DNA of 24,000 bases, taken from positions 10,197-34,196 of the forward strand of contig CAZRZR010000001.1 in assembly GCA_964604715.1 (NCBI GenBank), written 5' to 3'. The stretch comes from Candidatus Woesearchaeota archaeon (GTDB lineage: Archaea > Nanobdellota > Nanobdellia > Pacearchaeales > GW2011-AR1). Numbering within the stretch: position 1 is the first letter of the stretch; each line of letters begins with the position of its first letter. The notes below the pieces were generated by a model. The model saw only the letters and a list, made by a program, of their open reading frames with translations, did not search any database and had not been told where the DNA came from. Positions 8,029 through 15,471 of this stretch are shown here, one piece after another. The position numbers and the translations under genes are program-made.

Positions 8029-8049
8029 CAACCTGTTCTTAAAAAAAGC

Positions 8050-8490
8050 ATGGTTTTATGCTGGATTGCATTGCCAATATTCCTTTTTCTTAGTATCTTC
8101 AGTGCAAAGTACAGAAGATTAACAATCGAATCAATTCAATGTCTTTGGAGAACAGCAACGCTTCGCCCATGCAAGAGCAGCCTAGATCAAAGACTGCGCA
8201 GCGATATTACGGCAAAGTTAATGAAAAGCAACCCTCGACTAGCTAAAGGTTTTTACAACAATTATAAGACAATAAGTTTTCTGATTCTTGTAGTTATGTT
8301 AATAAGCGCATATTTCACAGGTGCAGGGATTTATAATTACATTAAATATGGCAACTGTAATGGCGCAGATTCTACGGCGTTCTGTGTAATTAACGCCGCC
8401 CTTGGCAAGGAAACTCCAAATCAGGCAACAATAGTTAATAGCACACAATTGAATTGCTTCAACCAAACTTCTCCTTTGAAAATATCATGA
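8050..8490 (+). CDS. Small membrane protein with two predicted TM segments and several Cys residues; hypothetical
   Basis: 146-aa ORF with hydrophobic stretches VLCWIALPIFLFLSIFSA and ISFLILVVMLISAYFTGAGIY. An A/T box at 8021-8028 lies 29 nt upstream of the ATG. Its stop (TGA 8488-8490) overlaps the next gene's ATG. Confidence 0.6.
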   Translation: MVLCWIALPIFLFLSIFSAKYRRLTIESIQCLWRTATLRPCKSSLDQRLRSDITAKLMKSNPRLAKGFYNNYKTISFLILVVMLISAYFTGAGIYNYIKYGNCNGADSTAFCVINAALGKETPNQATIVNSTQLNCFNQTSPLKIS

Positions 8491-9695
8491 TGTTCGGATA
8501 TAATGTAGAAAAGATAAGAAAAGATTTTCCCTCTCTAAAAGGAAGTCAAATATATTTGGACAACGCATGTATGTCTCTTAAACCGCAAAGAGTGATTGAT
8601 AAATTAGCACAGTACTACACAGACTACCCTGCATGTGCTGGCAGAAGTTCTCATATGTGGAGTGAACGTGTCGAACACGAAGTTGAAGAAAGCAGAAAGA
8701 TAGTAAAAAGATTCCTTAATGCTAAAGCCGTAGAAGAAATAGTTTTCACACGAAATGCAACAGAAGGGATTAATATTGTAGCAAGAGGATTATCATTTCA
8801 AAAGGGTGATGAGGTCATAATATCGGATAAAGAGCACAATTCTAATTTAATCCCATGGCTAAGGCTAGTCAAAGAAAAAGGAATAGTCCTAAAAGTAAAC
8901 AGAAGCAACCCAGATAACACCTTTTCAATGAAAAATCTTCAAGAAAATTTTACAAAAAAGACAAAACTTGTTTCGATAGTGCATGTATCAAATCTAGACG
9001 GAATAACTAATCCAGTAAAAGACATAATAAAAGAAGCCCATAAAAAAGGAGCGATTGTTCTTATCGATGCTGCACAAAGCGCACCCCATAAAATAATAGA
9101 TGTGCGCGAACTTGATACAGATTTTCTAGTTTTCTCAGGCCATAAAACTCTAGGTCCAACAGGTACAGGAGTACTATACGGAAAAAAAGATTTGCTCGGT
9201 AAACTAACCCCTCTCAACTCAGGAGGAGGTACAGTCACTTCTTCCACATATGAAAGTTTTTCGGAAGAAAAGCTACCGGAAAGATTAGAAGCAGGACTTC
9301 AAGACTATGCAGGAATTATAGGATTAGGCGCTGCCTGCAACTATATCCAGCAGATTGGATTCAGTATGATTGAAAAACATGAGCAAAGGCTGAACAAAAT
9401 AGTTAGCGATGGACTTTCACAAGAACCAAGCATAGAGGTTATAGGTCCAAAAGACTGCAAAGAACGTTCAAGTATATTTTCATTTAACATAAAAGGCATA
9501 GATCCACTAAATGTAGCCAGAATGCTTTCAGCAAACCAAATATTTGTGAGAGGAGGAATGCACTGCGTACATAGCTGGTTTAACTCAAGAAATATGAAAG
9601 GAAGCGTTAGAGCATCGTTCTACATCTATAACACCCAAGAAGAAGCAGTAAAATTTGTAGAAGCTGTAAAGAATATAATAAAGATAATAAAATAA
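8487..9695 (+). CDS. Cysteine desulfurase / class V aminotransferase (SufS/NifS-like)
   Basis: FSGHKTLGPTGTGVLYG (PLP-lysine motif), RGGMHCVHSW (active-site Cys region) and NATEGIN. The start is set at ATG 8487 because of the ATGA overlap with the upstream stop. The ORF-track start at 8454 would overlap the upstream gene by 37 nt. Confidence 0.85.
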   Translation: MMFGYNVEKIRKDFPSLKGSQIYLDNACMSLKPQRVIDKLAQYYTDYPACAGRSSHMWSERVEHEVEESRKIVKRFLNAKAVEEIVFTRNATEGINIVARGLSFQKGDEVIISDKEHNSNLIPWLRLVKEKGIVLKVNRSNPDNTFSMKNLQENFTKKTKLVSIVHVSNLDGITNPVKDIIKEAHKKGAIVLIDAAQSAPHKIIDVRELDTDFLVFSGHKTLGPTGTGVLYGKKDLLGKLTPLNSGGGTVTSSTYESFSEEKLPERLEAGLQDYAGIIGLGAACNYIQQIGFSMIEKHEQRLNKIVSDGLSQEPSIEVIGPKDCKERSSIFSFNIKGIDPLNVARMLSANQIFVRGGMHCVHSWFNSRNMKGSVRASFYIYNTQEEAVKFVEAVKNIIKIIK

Positions 9696-9697
9696 GT

Positions 9698-11140
9698 CTA
9701 ATAACTTCTTCCTACATATACAACTTCGTTAGCCTTCTTACCACAAACTATGCATTCACCATGTATTTTTTCCTTCTCTAACTTTGTTCCTCTGACATCG
9801 GCACCAGAAGCCTCGTTTAGCTTCTCAGCGCATTTTGCACCATCTTTGCCAACAGAACAAAACCCACAGCGCACGACATTGCCTGATTCAATAAGTTTAA
9901 CTAACTCTTTCATATGTTTTGCATCCTTAATACGGCCTTCAAAGAGCTTGTCTGCTTGATTAGTCAAGTTAAAATCATACTCTCGCGCAATATTTTCTAT
10001 AGTCTTAAGAAAATCTTTTTCAGAGACCATATCTTTCTTATTTAGGTCGCGTCTAAAAATAACGACCTTTTTTTCAGCAAGATCTTTATCACCTACATCA
10101 ACACGTATGGGAACGCCCTTCATTTCCCAATGATTGAACTTTTCACCAGGGCTCTTGTCACTCGTATCAATTTCCCATGTAATCTCATTAGGCAGCCTCT
10201 TAGCTAATTCTTTAACTTTTTTTTCAGCTGCTTCACTTATAGGCACAAATACCACGTGAAGCGGTGCAATGCTCCAAGGCATTCGCAAGCCCTTATCATC
10301 GCCATGAACAGTAATAACGCTCGCAAGTATTCTTGAAATGGCAGGACCATAACACGTCGAGTAAGGCGTCTGTTCATTGCCTTCTGCATCTCTAAACTTC
10401 ACGTCAAAAGCCTTCAAGAAATCTTGTGAAATCATATGGGTGCTAGGCTGCTGAATGAATTTTCCATCAGGATTTAACACATCGGCCGCAAACGTTCTGC
10501 TCGCTCCAGGAAACTTATCCCATGCAGGACGTTCAAAGAAAATGAAAGGGAGCCCTAAAGTATTGTGTAAAATCTCTTCAGTAGTTTGCATGTCTTCTTC
10601 AACTTGCTCAAACGCCTTCTCTTCACTAGGGAATAAGCAATGAGTCTCTATCCAATGAAATTCACGTGAGCGTAAAAACGGTCGTGTCGCTTTAGTCTCA
10701 TATCGGAATACCTGTGCACGCTGATACGTTTTGTAAGGAAGCTGTTTATAACTACGTATCCACAGAGCAAACATCTGATAAAATGCAGTTTCAGACGTAG
10801 GTCTAAGTGCTAATTTTTCATCGAATTTAGAATCTCCGCCTTCAGTCACCCAAAAAACCTCAGGCGTAAAACCTTTCAAATGTTCAGATTCCTTCTTTAA
10901 ATTCTGCTCAGGAATGACTGTTGGGAACCAATGGGGCTTGTGCCCTTTTCTACGCAATGTGGTTTCCATATAATCATATATCTTTTCCATAGCAATAACT
11001 GACCACGGCTGAAACACCAAGAAACCCTTGACATTATATCTCAGGTCTGCCAACTCAGCCTTCTGCACAATCTCTGTAAACCATTCGGAAAAGTTTTCCT
11101 TTTTGCTTACTGAAAGCCCTTTATCGCCTTTAGATGCCAT
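9698..11140 (-). CDS. proS: Prolyl-tRNA synthetase, archaeal/eukaryotic type
   Basis: Class II motifs are present: VFRYETKATRPFLRSREFHWIETH and CYGPAISRILASVI. The C-terminal Cys-containing domain ends in ...VGRSY with a terminal Tyr, typical of archaeal-type ProRS. The ORF-track start at 11143 is a GTG. The ATG at 11140 is 29 nt from the A/T box at 11162-11169. Confidence 0.92.
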   Translation of the reverse strand: MASKGDKGLSVSKKENFSEWFTEIVQKAELADLRYNVKGFLVFQPWSVIAMEKIYDYMETTLRRKGHKPHWFPTVIPEQNLKKESEHLKGFTPEVFWVTEGGDSKFDEKLALRPTSETAFYQMFALWIRSYKQLPYKTYQRAQVFRYETKATRPFLRSREFHWIETHCLFPSEEKAFEQVEEDMQTTEEILHNTLGLPFIFFERPAWDKFPGASRTFAADVLNPDGKFIQQPSTHMISQDFLKAFDVKFRDAEGNEQTPYSTCYGPAISRILASVITVHGDDKGLRMPWSIAPLHVVFVPISEAAEKKVKELAKRLPNEITWEIDTSDKSPGEKFNHWEMKGVPIRVDVGDKDLAEKKVVIFRRDLNKKDMVSEKDFLKTIENIAREYDFNLTNQADKLFEGRIKDAKHMKELVKLIESGNVVRCGFCSVGKDGAKCAEKLNEASGADVRGTKLEKEKIHGECIVCGKKANEVVYVGRSY

Positions 11141-11161
11141 CACGTTTAGAAGAAAAACACT

Positions 11162-11169
11162 TTCTTAAA
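11162..11169 (-). promoter_or_regulatory. TATA-like box of proS
   Basis: The minus strand reads TTTAAGAA. Its edge at 11169 is 29 nt from the ATG at 11140. Confidence 0.5.
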
Positions 11170-11227
11170 CATTGTGTTTAAAACCTTAATGATAAAACTT
11201 ATATAGTTGTTCTCACTCCAGAATAGT

Positions 11228-11938
11228 ATGAAAAAGGCACTTAGTTTTATGGCTATTCTAGCAGGGGCAGCCGCCCTAGGAGGAGGCCTCATTTATATGG
11301 GGGAGAACGACAAAACAGAGGCTTTGAAAGCAGCCAGAGACTATAACGAAAACTCAAAGCAAGAGATTAAAGCAGAACCACAGAAAAAAGCCGAGCAAGT
11401 AGAGAGAGCAACGCCGAAATATACAATTGATGAGTATCGCGACTATGACATTTTCGCTGCAGAAAGAAAAGAATTCGATCCGACAGTGCCAAGATACATA
11501 ATGCTTAAAGCAGATTACCATAGACCGAAAGACGAGTCTTTAGAAGACAAAGAAGAGGACGTATTCTTGATAGGATATCCATTGTTAAATCCAGCGATAA
11601 GTGAAAGAATAAAGGCAGGAGAATCTCCTCGAGATGTATTACGCACCGAAAAAAACGGAGTAGAGCTTTATGCCACAAGAGAATTTGCAGATAAAGTAAG
11701 AAACAATAACAATTTAAAAAAAATATTAGAGTCAGACGTAGGCGAAAGAGAATACCACATATTAACACCGCAAAATGAACGAGAGGTTGCAAATAACAAT
11801 TTTGACCCCATTATGCCATATGATCTTTTCAAAGTAATGGCTGAAAAGCATCCAGGAGTGATACTTAAGTTTCTAAGAGAAGACCTTACACGATACTGGT
11901 CTGAACGAACAAATCTAATAGATAAACTAGATAACTAA
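11228..11938 (+). CDS. Hypothetical N-terminally anchored or secreted protein
   Basis: The ORF-track start at 11207 is a TTG. The ATG at 11228 (MKKALSFMAILAGAAALGGGLIY...) lies 29-30 nt from the box cttatata at 11198-11205. I recognise no motifs in the charged soluble part. Confidence 0.65.
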   Translation: MKKALSFMAILAGAAALGGGLIYMGENDKTEALKAARDYNENSKQEIKAEPQKKAEQVERATPKYTIDEYRDYDIFAAERKEFDPTVPRYIMLKADYHRPKDESLEDKEEDVFLIGYPLLNPAISERIKAGESPRDVLRTEKNGVELYATREFADKVRNNNNLKKILESDVGEREYHILTPQNEREVANNNFDPIMPYDLFKVMAEKHPGVILKFLREDLTRYWSERTNLIDKLDN

Positions 11939-11956
11939 AAAAAGATATATTAAAAA
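11939..11956 (-). terminator. Oligo-T tract after the Cys-rich mini-protein gene
   Basis: The minus strand reads TTTTTAATATATCTTTTT directly after the stop codon at 11957-11959. Confidence 0.4.
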
Positions 11957-12319
11957 TTAAGGATATTTCTTACAAAGAGAAGTTCCAGTGTCACAACCAG
12001 AAGTACAAATATTACAAGACCAACCATACGTATTAGCCCCAGTCTTACCACAGGTGCAAGCGCAATCTCTGTTTGACCCATCATTCGATTTAGAACAATG
12101 CTTGTCCTTATAGGTGCCAGCATTACAGGTCTGACCTTGAGGATCACTGCAGAAAGAAGCATCATGATCTCCACCAATTCCAACTAGACCATCGCCAATT
12201 CCAATAAAGCCGATTGAAACAGGGCCATCAGCACTAGCAAAAGAAGTCAAAGAAAGACTATAGCCAAAAGCAGCTAAAGCAACCAAACAAATTACTCCAG
12301 GAGTAATCCACTTATTCAT
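11957..12319 (-). CDS. Small secreted Gly-rich, 10-cysteine protein
   Basis: The signal-like N-terminus MNKWITPGVICLVALAAFGYSLSLTSFASA is followed by DG. Next comes the Gly-rich GFIGIGDGLVGIGGD, then 10 Cys within about 65 residues (FCSD..TCNAG..HCSK..DCACTCGK..SCNICTSGCDTGTSLCKKYP). It has its own TATA box at 12341-12348, 29 nt from the ATG. Confidence 0.7.
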   Translation of the reverse strand: MNKWITPGVICLVALAAFGYSLSLTSFASADGPVSIGFIGIGDGLVGIGGDHDASFCSDPQGQTCNAGTYKDKHCSKSNDGSNRDCACTCGKTGANTYGWSCNICTSGCDTGTSLCKKYP

Positions 12320-12340
12320 ATTAATTCAGTGCCTCGATTG

Positions 12341-12348
12341 TATTTAAA
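12341..12348 (-). promoter_or_regulatory. TATA box of the Cys-rich mini-protein gene
   Basis: The minus strand reads TTTAAATA. Its edge at 12348 is 29 nt from the ATG at 12319. Confidence 0.6.
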
Positions 12349-12360
12349 CTTTTCGCCATT

Positions 12361-13305
12361 TTACAAATCCTGCAAATCATCAACTTCATCAGCAGTCAAA
12401 GCTCGATCCCATAATCTCAATTCATCAAATGAGCCTTGGAAGTGAGCCATTTCTGCGAAGTTTCCAAAACCAGAACCAATTCTGATAGGCAAGTGAGATT
12501 CGAATACACCATCAATCTTGTTAATATTTCCTGTAGTGTCTCCAACACGGTTTCCATCAATATAGAGGTTCTGCTTCCCTGGTTCAAATGTGCCAACAAA
12601 TAAGTGCCATTGACCATCTTGATAAAATTCATTGCATTGTCTTGTATAAGCTCGATGATCATTGTTTCCACTAGTGCCGTCCTCAGAAACATATAAGTCA
12701 ATACCAGAGCATTTACCGCCTTTAGCAATATCTGCCTGCCAGCTCACTCCGTCTTTTCCATCCCAAGTACCAATAAAGAATTGTCCTGCTTCGTTCTTAG
12801 TTCCTTTGAACCAGAAAGCAACGCTAAATGCCTTGTCGAATGATAATGAAGATGTAGCTGGAATAGTTACTAGGTCGTTAACCCCGTCAAAAAGCAAACC
12901 ATTATTGTGTCGTCCCGAGACTCCGCTTTGTGGACACTCAGAGCCAGAGCATCGTGCTTCTCTGTTGTTTTCGTCATTTTCAAAACGTGTAGAGTTTGCG
13001 CCTTCATCAAATGAGAAGTAAGCAACAATTCCATCCTCAACACTACTTGTGCGATCATTATTGCTTGAGTGTGATGTTCCACGTTGTGTGTTAAACTGCT
13101 GACTGTAGAGGGATTCATAGTACAAAGGATCTTCAGCTTGACCCTGTACAATATAAACTGGTTCTTGAGGAGCAACCTTGACAACTTTCTCAGCCGTATA
13201 ATTAAAGTTATAGAAAACCATCAAAGACAACACTAGGCCTACAAGAATGCATCCGAGTAATACAAAAAATATAGCAAGTTCATTAGAACCTTTTCGTCCG
13301 TTCAT
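12361..13305 (-). CDS. LamG / concanavalin-A-like lectin domain protein (Laminin_G_3 type) with N-terminal TM or pilin-like signal
   Basis: FDGVNDLVTIPATSSLSFDKAFSVAFWFK ... LYIDGNRVG ... FQGSFDELRLWDRALTADEV is the characteristic Laminin_G_3 pattern. The N-terminus is MNGRKGSNELAIFFVLLGCILVGLVLSLMVF. Confidence 0.8.
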   Translation of the reverse strand: MNGRKGSNELAIFFVLLGCILVGLVLSLMVFYNFNYTAEKVVKVAPQEPVYIVQGQAEDPLYYESLYSQQFNTQRGTSHSSNNDRTSSVEDGIVAYFSFDEGANSTRFENDENNREARCSGSECPQSGVSGRHNNGLLFDGVNDLVTIPATSSLSFDKAFSVAFWFKGTKNEAGQFFIGTWDGKDGVSWQADIAKGGKCSGIDLYVSEDGTSGNNDHRAYTRQCNEFYQDGQWHLFVGTFEPGKQNLYIDGNRVGDTTGNINKIDGVFESHLPIRIGSGFGNFAEMAHFQGSFDELRLWDRALTADEVDDLQDL

Positions 13306-13327
13306 CTAATCCCTAGCAAATATCCCC

Positions 13328-13335
13328 TATTTATA
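13328..13335 (-). promoter_or_regulatory. TATA box of the LamG gene
   Basis: The minus strand reads TATAAATA, 29-30 nt from the ATG at 13305. Confidence 0.55.
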
Positions 13336-13373
13336 CTTTTCGTTTCTGTAACCATTTTATAATTACGGCAAGT

Positions 13374-13383
13374 AAAAAATAAA
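13374..13383 (-). terminator. Oligo-T terminator directly after the tRNA
   Basis: The minus strand reads TTTATTTTTT immediately 3' of the discriminator base. Oligo-T is the archaeal termination signal. Confidence 0.6.
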
Positions 13384-13455
13384 TGGGCCCAGGAGGAATC
13401 GAACCCCCGTCACCGGATCCGAAGTCCGATATTCTATCCACTAAACTATGGGCCC
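13384..13455 (-). tRNA. tRNA-Arg (anticodon UCG), 72 nt, CCA not encoded
   Basis: I folded it by hand: GGGCCCA-TA-GTTT-AGTGGATA-GAAT-A-TCGGA-CTTCGGA-TCCGG-TGAC-GGGGG-TTCGATT-CCTCC-TGGGCCC-A. The 7-bp acceptor stem is perfect. The T-arm is GGGGG/CCTCC with a TTCGATT loop. The anticodon loop CT-TCG-GA gives anticodon TCG. The discriminator A is followed by TTTATTTTTT. Confidence 0.9.
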
Positions 13456-13477
13456 TACTGAAATACTTCACGTTGAA

Positions 13478-13485
13478 CTTATAAA
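13478..13485 (-). promoter_or_regulatory. TATA box of tRNA-Arg
   Basis: The minus strand reads TTTATAAG. Its upstream edge at 13485 is 30 nt from tRNA G1 (13455), the same geometry as the leaderless mRNA promoters in this window. Confidence 0.6.
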
Positions 13486-13490
13486 CGTTA

Positions 13491-14090
13491 TTACTTCCTC
13501 ATTCGTTTTGAAGATCGCAACACAAAGTCTTCAACAAGTTTTTGCTGCTCCTCATCAGAAAATGAATTGTTCTTTCCTCGAGTTCGTGTTATTTCATACA
13601 AGAAAACGGCCGTTGCAACGCTCACGTTAAGACTCTCAACCATTCCGCGCATCGGAATCATCACATTCACGTCCATTAAAGCTAAGGCCTTTCGAGATAA
13701 ACCGCTATGTTCATTTCCAACGAATAAAGCAATGCGATCACAACCAAATACATTAGAAAAAATAGATTTGCACGTCACGTCCAAACTAGTACCTACACAC
13801 AAATAATTTTTTTTCTTCAGCTCGTTAATGCATTCTTCAACGTTTCTAAAAATGTGAAACGTCAACCATTTATGAGCAGAAGATGAACTCTGTTTTCCTA
13901 TTTTCTGAGGATTCCAAGCTTTCTCCTTGTCAAAAATCAAATACACGTTCTGCACACCAAAGGCATCGCAAGAACGAAAAATTGCCTCAGCATTATGAGG
14001 ATCATGAATATCCTCTAGCACAACAGCAAGACCTTGCTGACGTTGCGATACGACTGCATTTATTTTCCCAAGTCTTTTTTCAGAAACCAT
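13491..14090 (-). CDS. SpoU/TrmH-family RNA 2'-O-methyltransferase
   Basis: IPMRGMVESLNVSVATAVFLYE is the SPOUT knot motif, preceded by LFVGNEHSGLS. It starts 3 nt after the gatB stop and I see no TATA box of its own, so it is probably co-transcribed with gatB. Confidence 0.85.
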   Translation of the reverse strand: MVSEKRLGKINAVVSQRQQGLAVVLEDIHDPHNAEAIFRSCDAFGVQNVYLIFDKEKAWNPQKIGKQSSSSAHKWLTFHIFRNVEECINELKKKNYLCVGTSLDVTCKSIFSNVFGCDRIALFVGNEHSGLSRKALALMDVNVMIPMRGMVESLNVSVATAVFLYEITRTRGKNNSFSDEEQQKLVEDFVLRSSKRMRK

Positions 14091-14093
14091 GAA

Positions 14094-15437
14094 TTAAATT
14101 AACTTTTCAAGTAATGCTCGAGCAGTTTTATAATCGGCACGCCTCTCTGTTGCATTCATTATCTCTCCCATAAGAAAATTAATTCCCTTAGGATCTCCTT
14201 TCTTAATAGATTCTACGACTAGCTTATTAGAACGTACAACATTTTTAACAATAGTCTCTAGTTCTTTGGAATCTCCAAGCTTGCTCTCAGTATTTGAAGG
14301 ATCAAAACTCTTGGGTACAAATTTATTCAATAACTGCTTAGCTTGTAATTCTGTAATGCGTTTTTCCTTAACAAGCTTCAATAAGGCAACAAAATGCTCA
14401 ACATCAAGCTCTACTTTATCGAGCGTTGTCTTATTCCAATTAAGTACTCGCAATAACTCAATAGTAACCCAAGGAAGAGCAAAATGAGCATCAATCTTTG
14501 TAGCAACACGTTCAAAAAATTCTACTATTTCTAGATGTTTAGCTAAAATAGTCGCATTAGCCTCATCAATATGATATAAGTTAACTAATTTGCTCAATTT
14601 ATTTGCCGGCATCTCTGGCAAAGATTTCTTAAGCCCTTCAATAAGAGCGCGTTCAATAACGACTTGGACCAAGTCAGGATCTGCAATAAACCGATAATCA
14701 TCTTGAGCCTCCTTAGCACGCATAGATATGGTCTTCCTCTGAGCCTCATCATACCTTCGAGTTTCTCTTACAGAACCTTCGCTAGCTTGTCGTTCCAATT
14801 CATAATCAATGGCCCCTTTAACTGCTTCAAGCGAACTAATATTTTTTATTTCTACTCGTTCAGTCTTACCTGGGATATTAACATTCACATCTACTTTAAT
14901 TCCCGCATTAGTATCTGCAACTTTCAAATATGCTAACGCATGAACTAATTTAGATAGCCATTCAATAACTTCTTCCGCGAAGTGAAATTCAGGCGCAGTC
15001 ACAATTTCAACAAGCGGCAAACCAGACCTATTATAATCTACACAACCAGTCTTAGGATCCCAAGAGGCCGGATCCTCCTCGAGATGCATACTAGTCACGC
15101 TAATATTACCGAACTTTCCATTTACTCCAAGAGGCACTGCATGTGCTCCGCTCATTGTTGTCTGATAACCTTTGGGCAGATCAGGCCAGCTATAATGTTT
15201 ACGCATCCAGCGTATTCGCTCATTAACTTCGCACCCTAACATCAACGCAATCTGAATAGCTTTTTTCAGAGCTTCCACATTTGGTTCGCGAGGTTTAGCT
15301 CCAGGTTGTCCCGTACAGATAGGACATACCAGTACGTTAGGCTCGAGCCCCTTTTCGCGAGAAGCCTTGCAGGTACAGAATAATTTTTCCTTAGTAATAA
15401 GATACGTATGAATCTCCAGTCCGATCAAGCCTTTCAT
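14094..15437 (-). CDS. gatB: Asp/Glu-tRNA amidotransferase subunit B
   Basis: The N-terminus is GLIGLEIHTYL..CTC... and the C-terminal YqeY-like tail is GDPKGINFLMGEIMNATERRADYKTARALLEKL. The 447-aa length fits GatB rather than GatE. Confidence 0.85.
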   Translation of the reverse strand: MKGLIGLEIHTYLITKEKLFCTCKASREKGLEPNVLVCPICTGQPGAKPREPNVEALKKAIQIALMLGCEVNERIRWMRKHYSWPDLPKGYQTTMSGAHAVPLGVNGKFGNISVTSMHLEEDPASWDPKTGCVDYNRSGLPLVEIVTAPEFHFAEEVIEWLSKLVHALAYLKVADTNAGIKVDVNVNIPGKTERVEIKNISSLEAVKGAIDYELERQASEGSVRETRRYDEAQRKTISMRAKEAQDDYRFIADPDLVQVVIERALIEGLKKSLPEMPANKLSKLVNLYHIDEANATILAKHLEIVEFFERVATKIDAHFALPWVTIELLRVLNWNKTTLDKVELDVEHFVALLKLVKEKRITELQAKQLLNKFVPKSFDPSNTESKLGDSKELETIVKNVVRSNKLVVESIKKGDPKGINFLMGEIMNATERRADYKTARALLEKLI

Positions 15438-15458
15438 AATATTTGAAGAAAGAGATTG

Positions 15459-15466
15459 TTTTTAAC
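15459..15466 (-). promoter_or_regulatory. A/T box of gatB (and probably the SpoU gene)
   Basis: The minus strand reads GTTAAAAA. Its edge at 15466 is 29 nt from the ATG at 15437. Confidence 0.5.
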
Positions 15467-15471
15467 TGTTA

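Noticed and set aside
8454-8486. The longer cysteine-desulfurase start at 8454
   Set aside because: It would overlap the upstream gene by 37 nt and add a non-conserved-looking MLQPNFSFENI extension. The ATGA junction at 8487 is the more typical coupled start. This call is not certain.
11950-13184. ORFs 11950..12183(-), 12417..12728(-), 12662..13021(+) and 12870..13184(-)
   Set aside because: These are alternative-frame or antisense shadows of the Cys-rich and LamG genes. Both of those genes have correctly spaced TATA boxes and coherent domain signatures.
13350-13362. A second TATA-like sequence (minus strand TTTTATAATT) between the tRNA and the LamG gene
   Set aside because: It is spaced wrongly, about 50 nt from the LamG ATG, and no ORF or RNA begins about 29 nt downstream of it. 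The box at 13328-13335 explains the LamG promoter.
11150-13490. The tRNA-Arg-adjacent secreted-protein trio as an integrated island
   Set aside because: I looked for a direct repeat of the tRNA 3' half (for example ggaggaatcgaaccc or its complement) bounding the region and found none. No integrase or recombinase is present and there is no obvious compositional break. The trio may still be accessory, but integration is unsupported.
13448-13630. Plus-strand ORF overlapping the tRNA 5' end and the SpoU gene
   Set aside because: It overlaps a well-folding tRNA and is antisense to a gene with a clear SPOUT motif.
14094-15437. gatB without adjacent gatA, gatC or gatDE as a sign of pathway loss
   Set aside because: Amidotransferase subunit genes are often dispersed in archaeal genomes. 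Absence from a 24-kb window is not informative.
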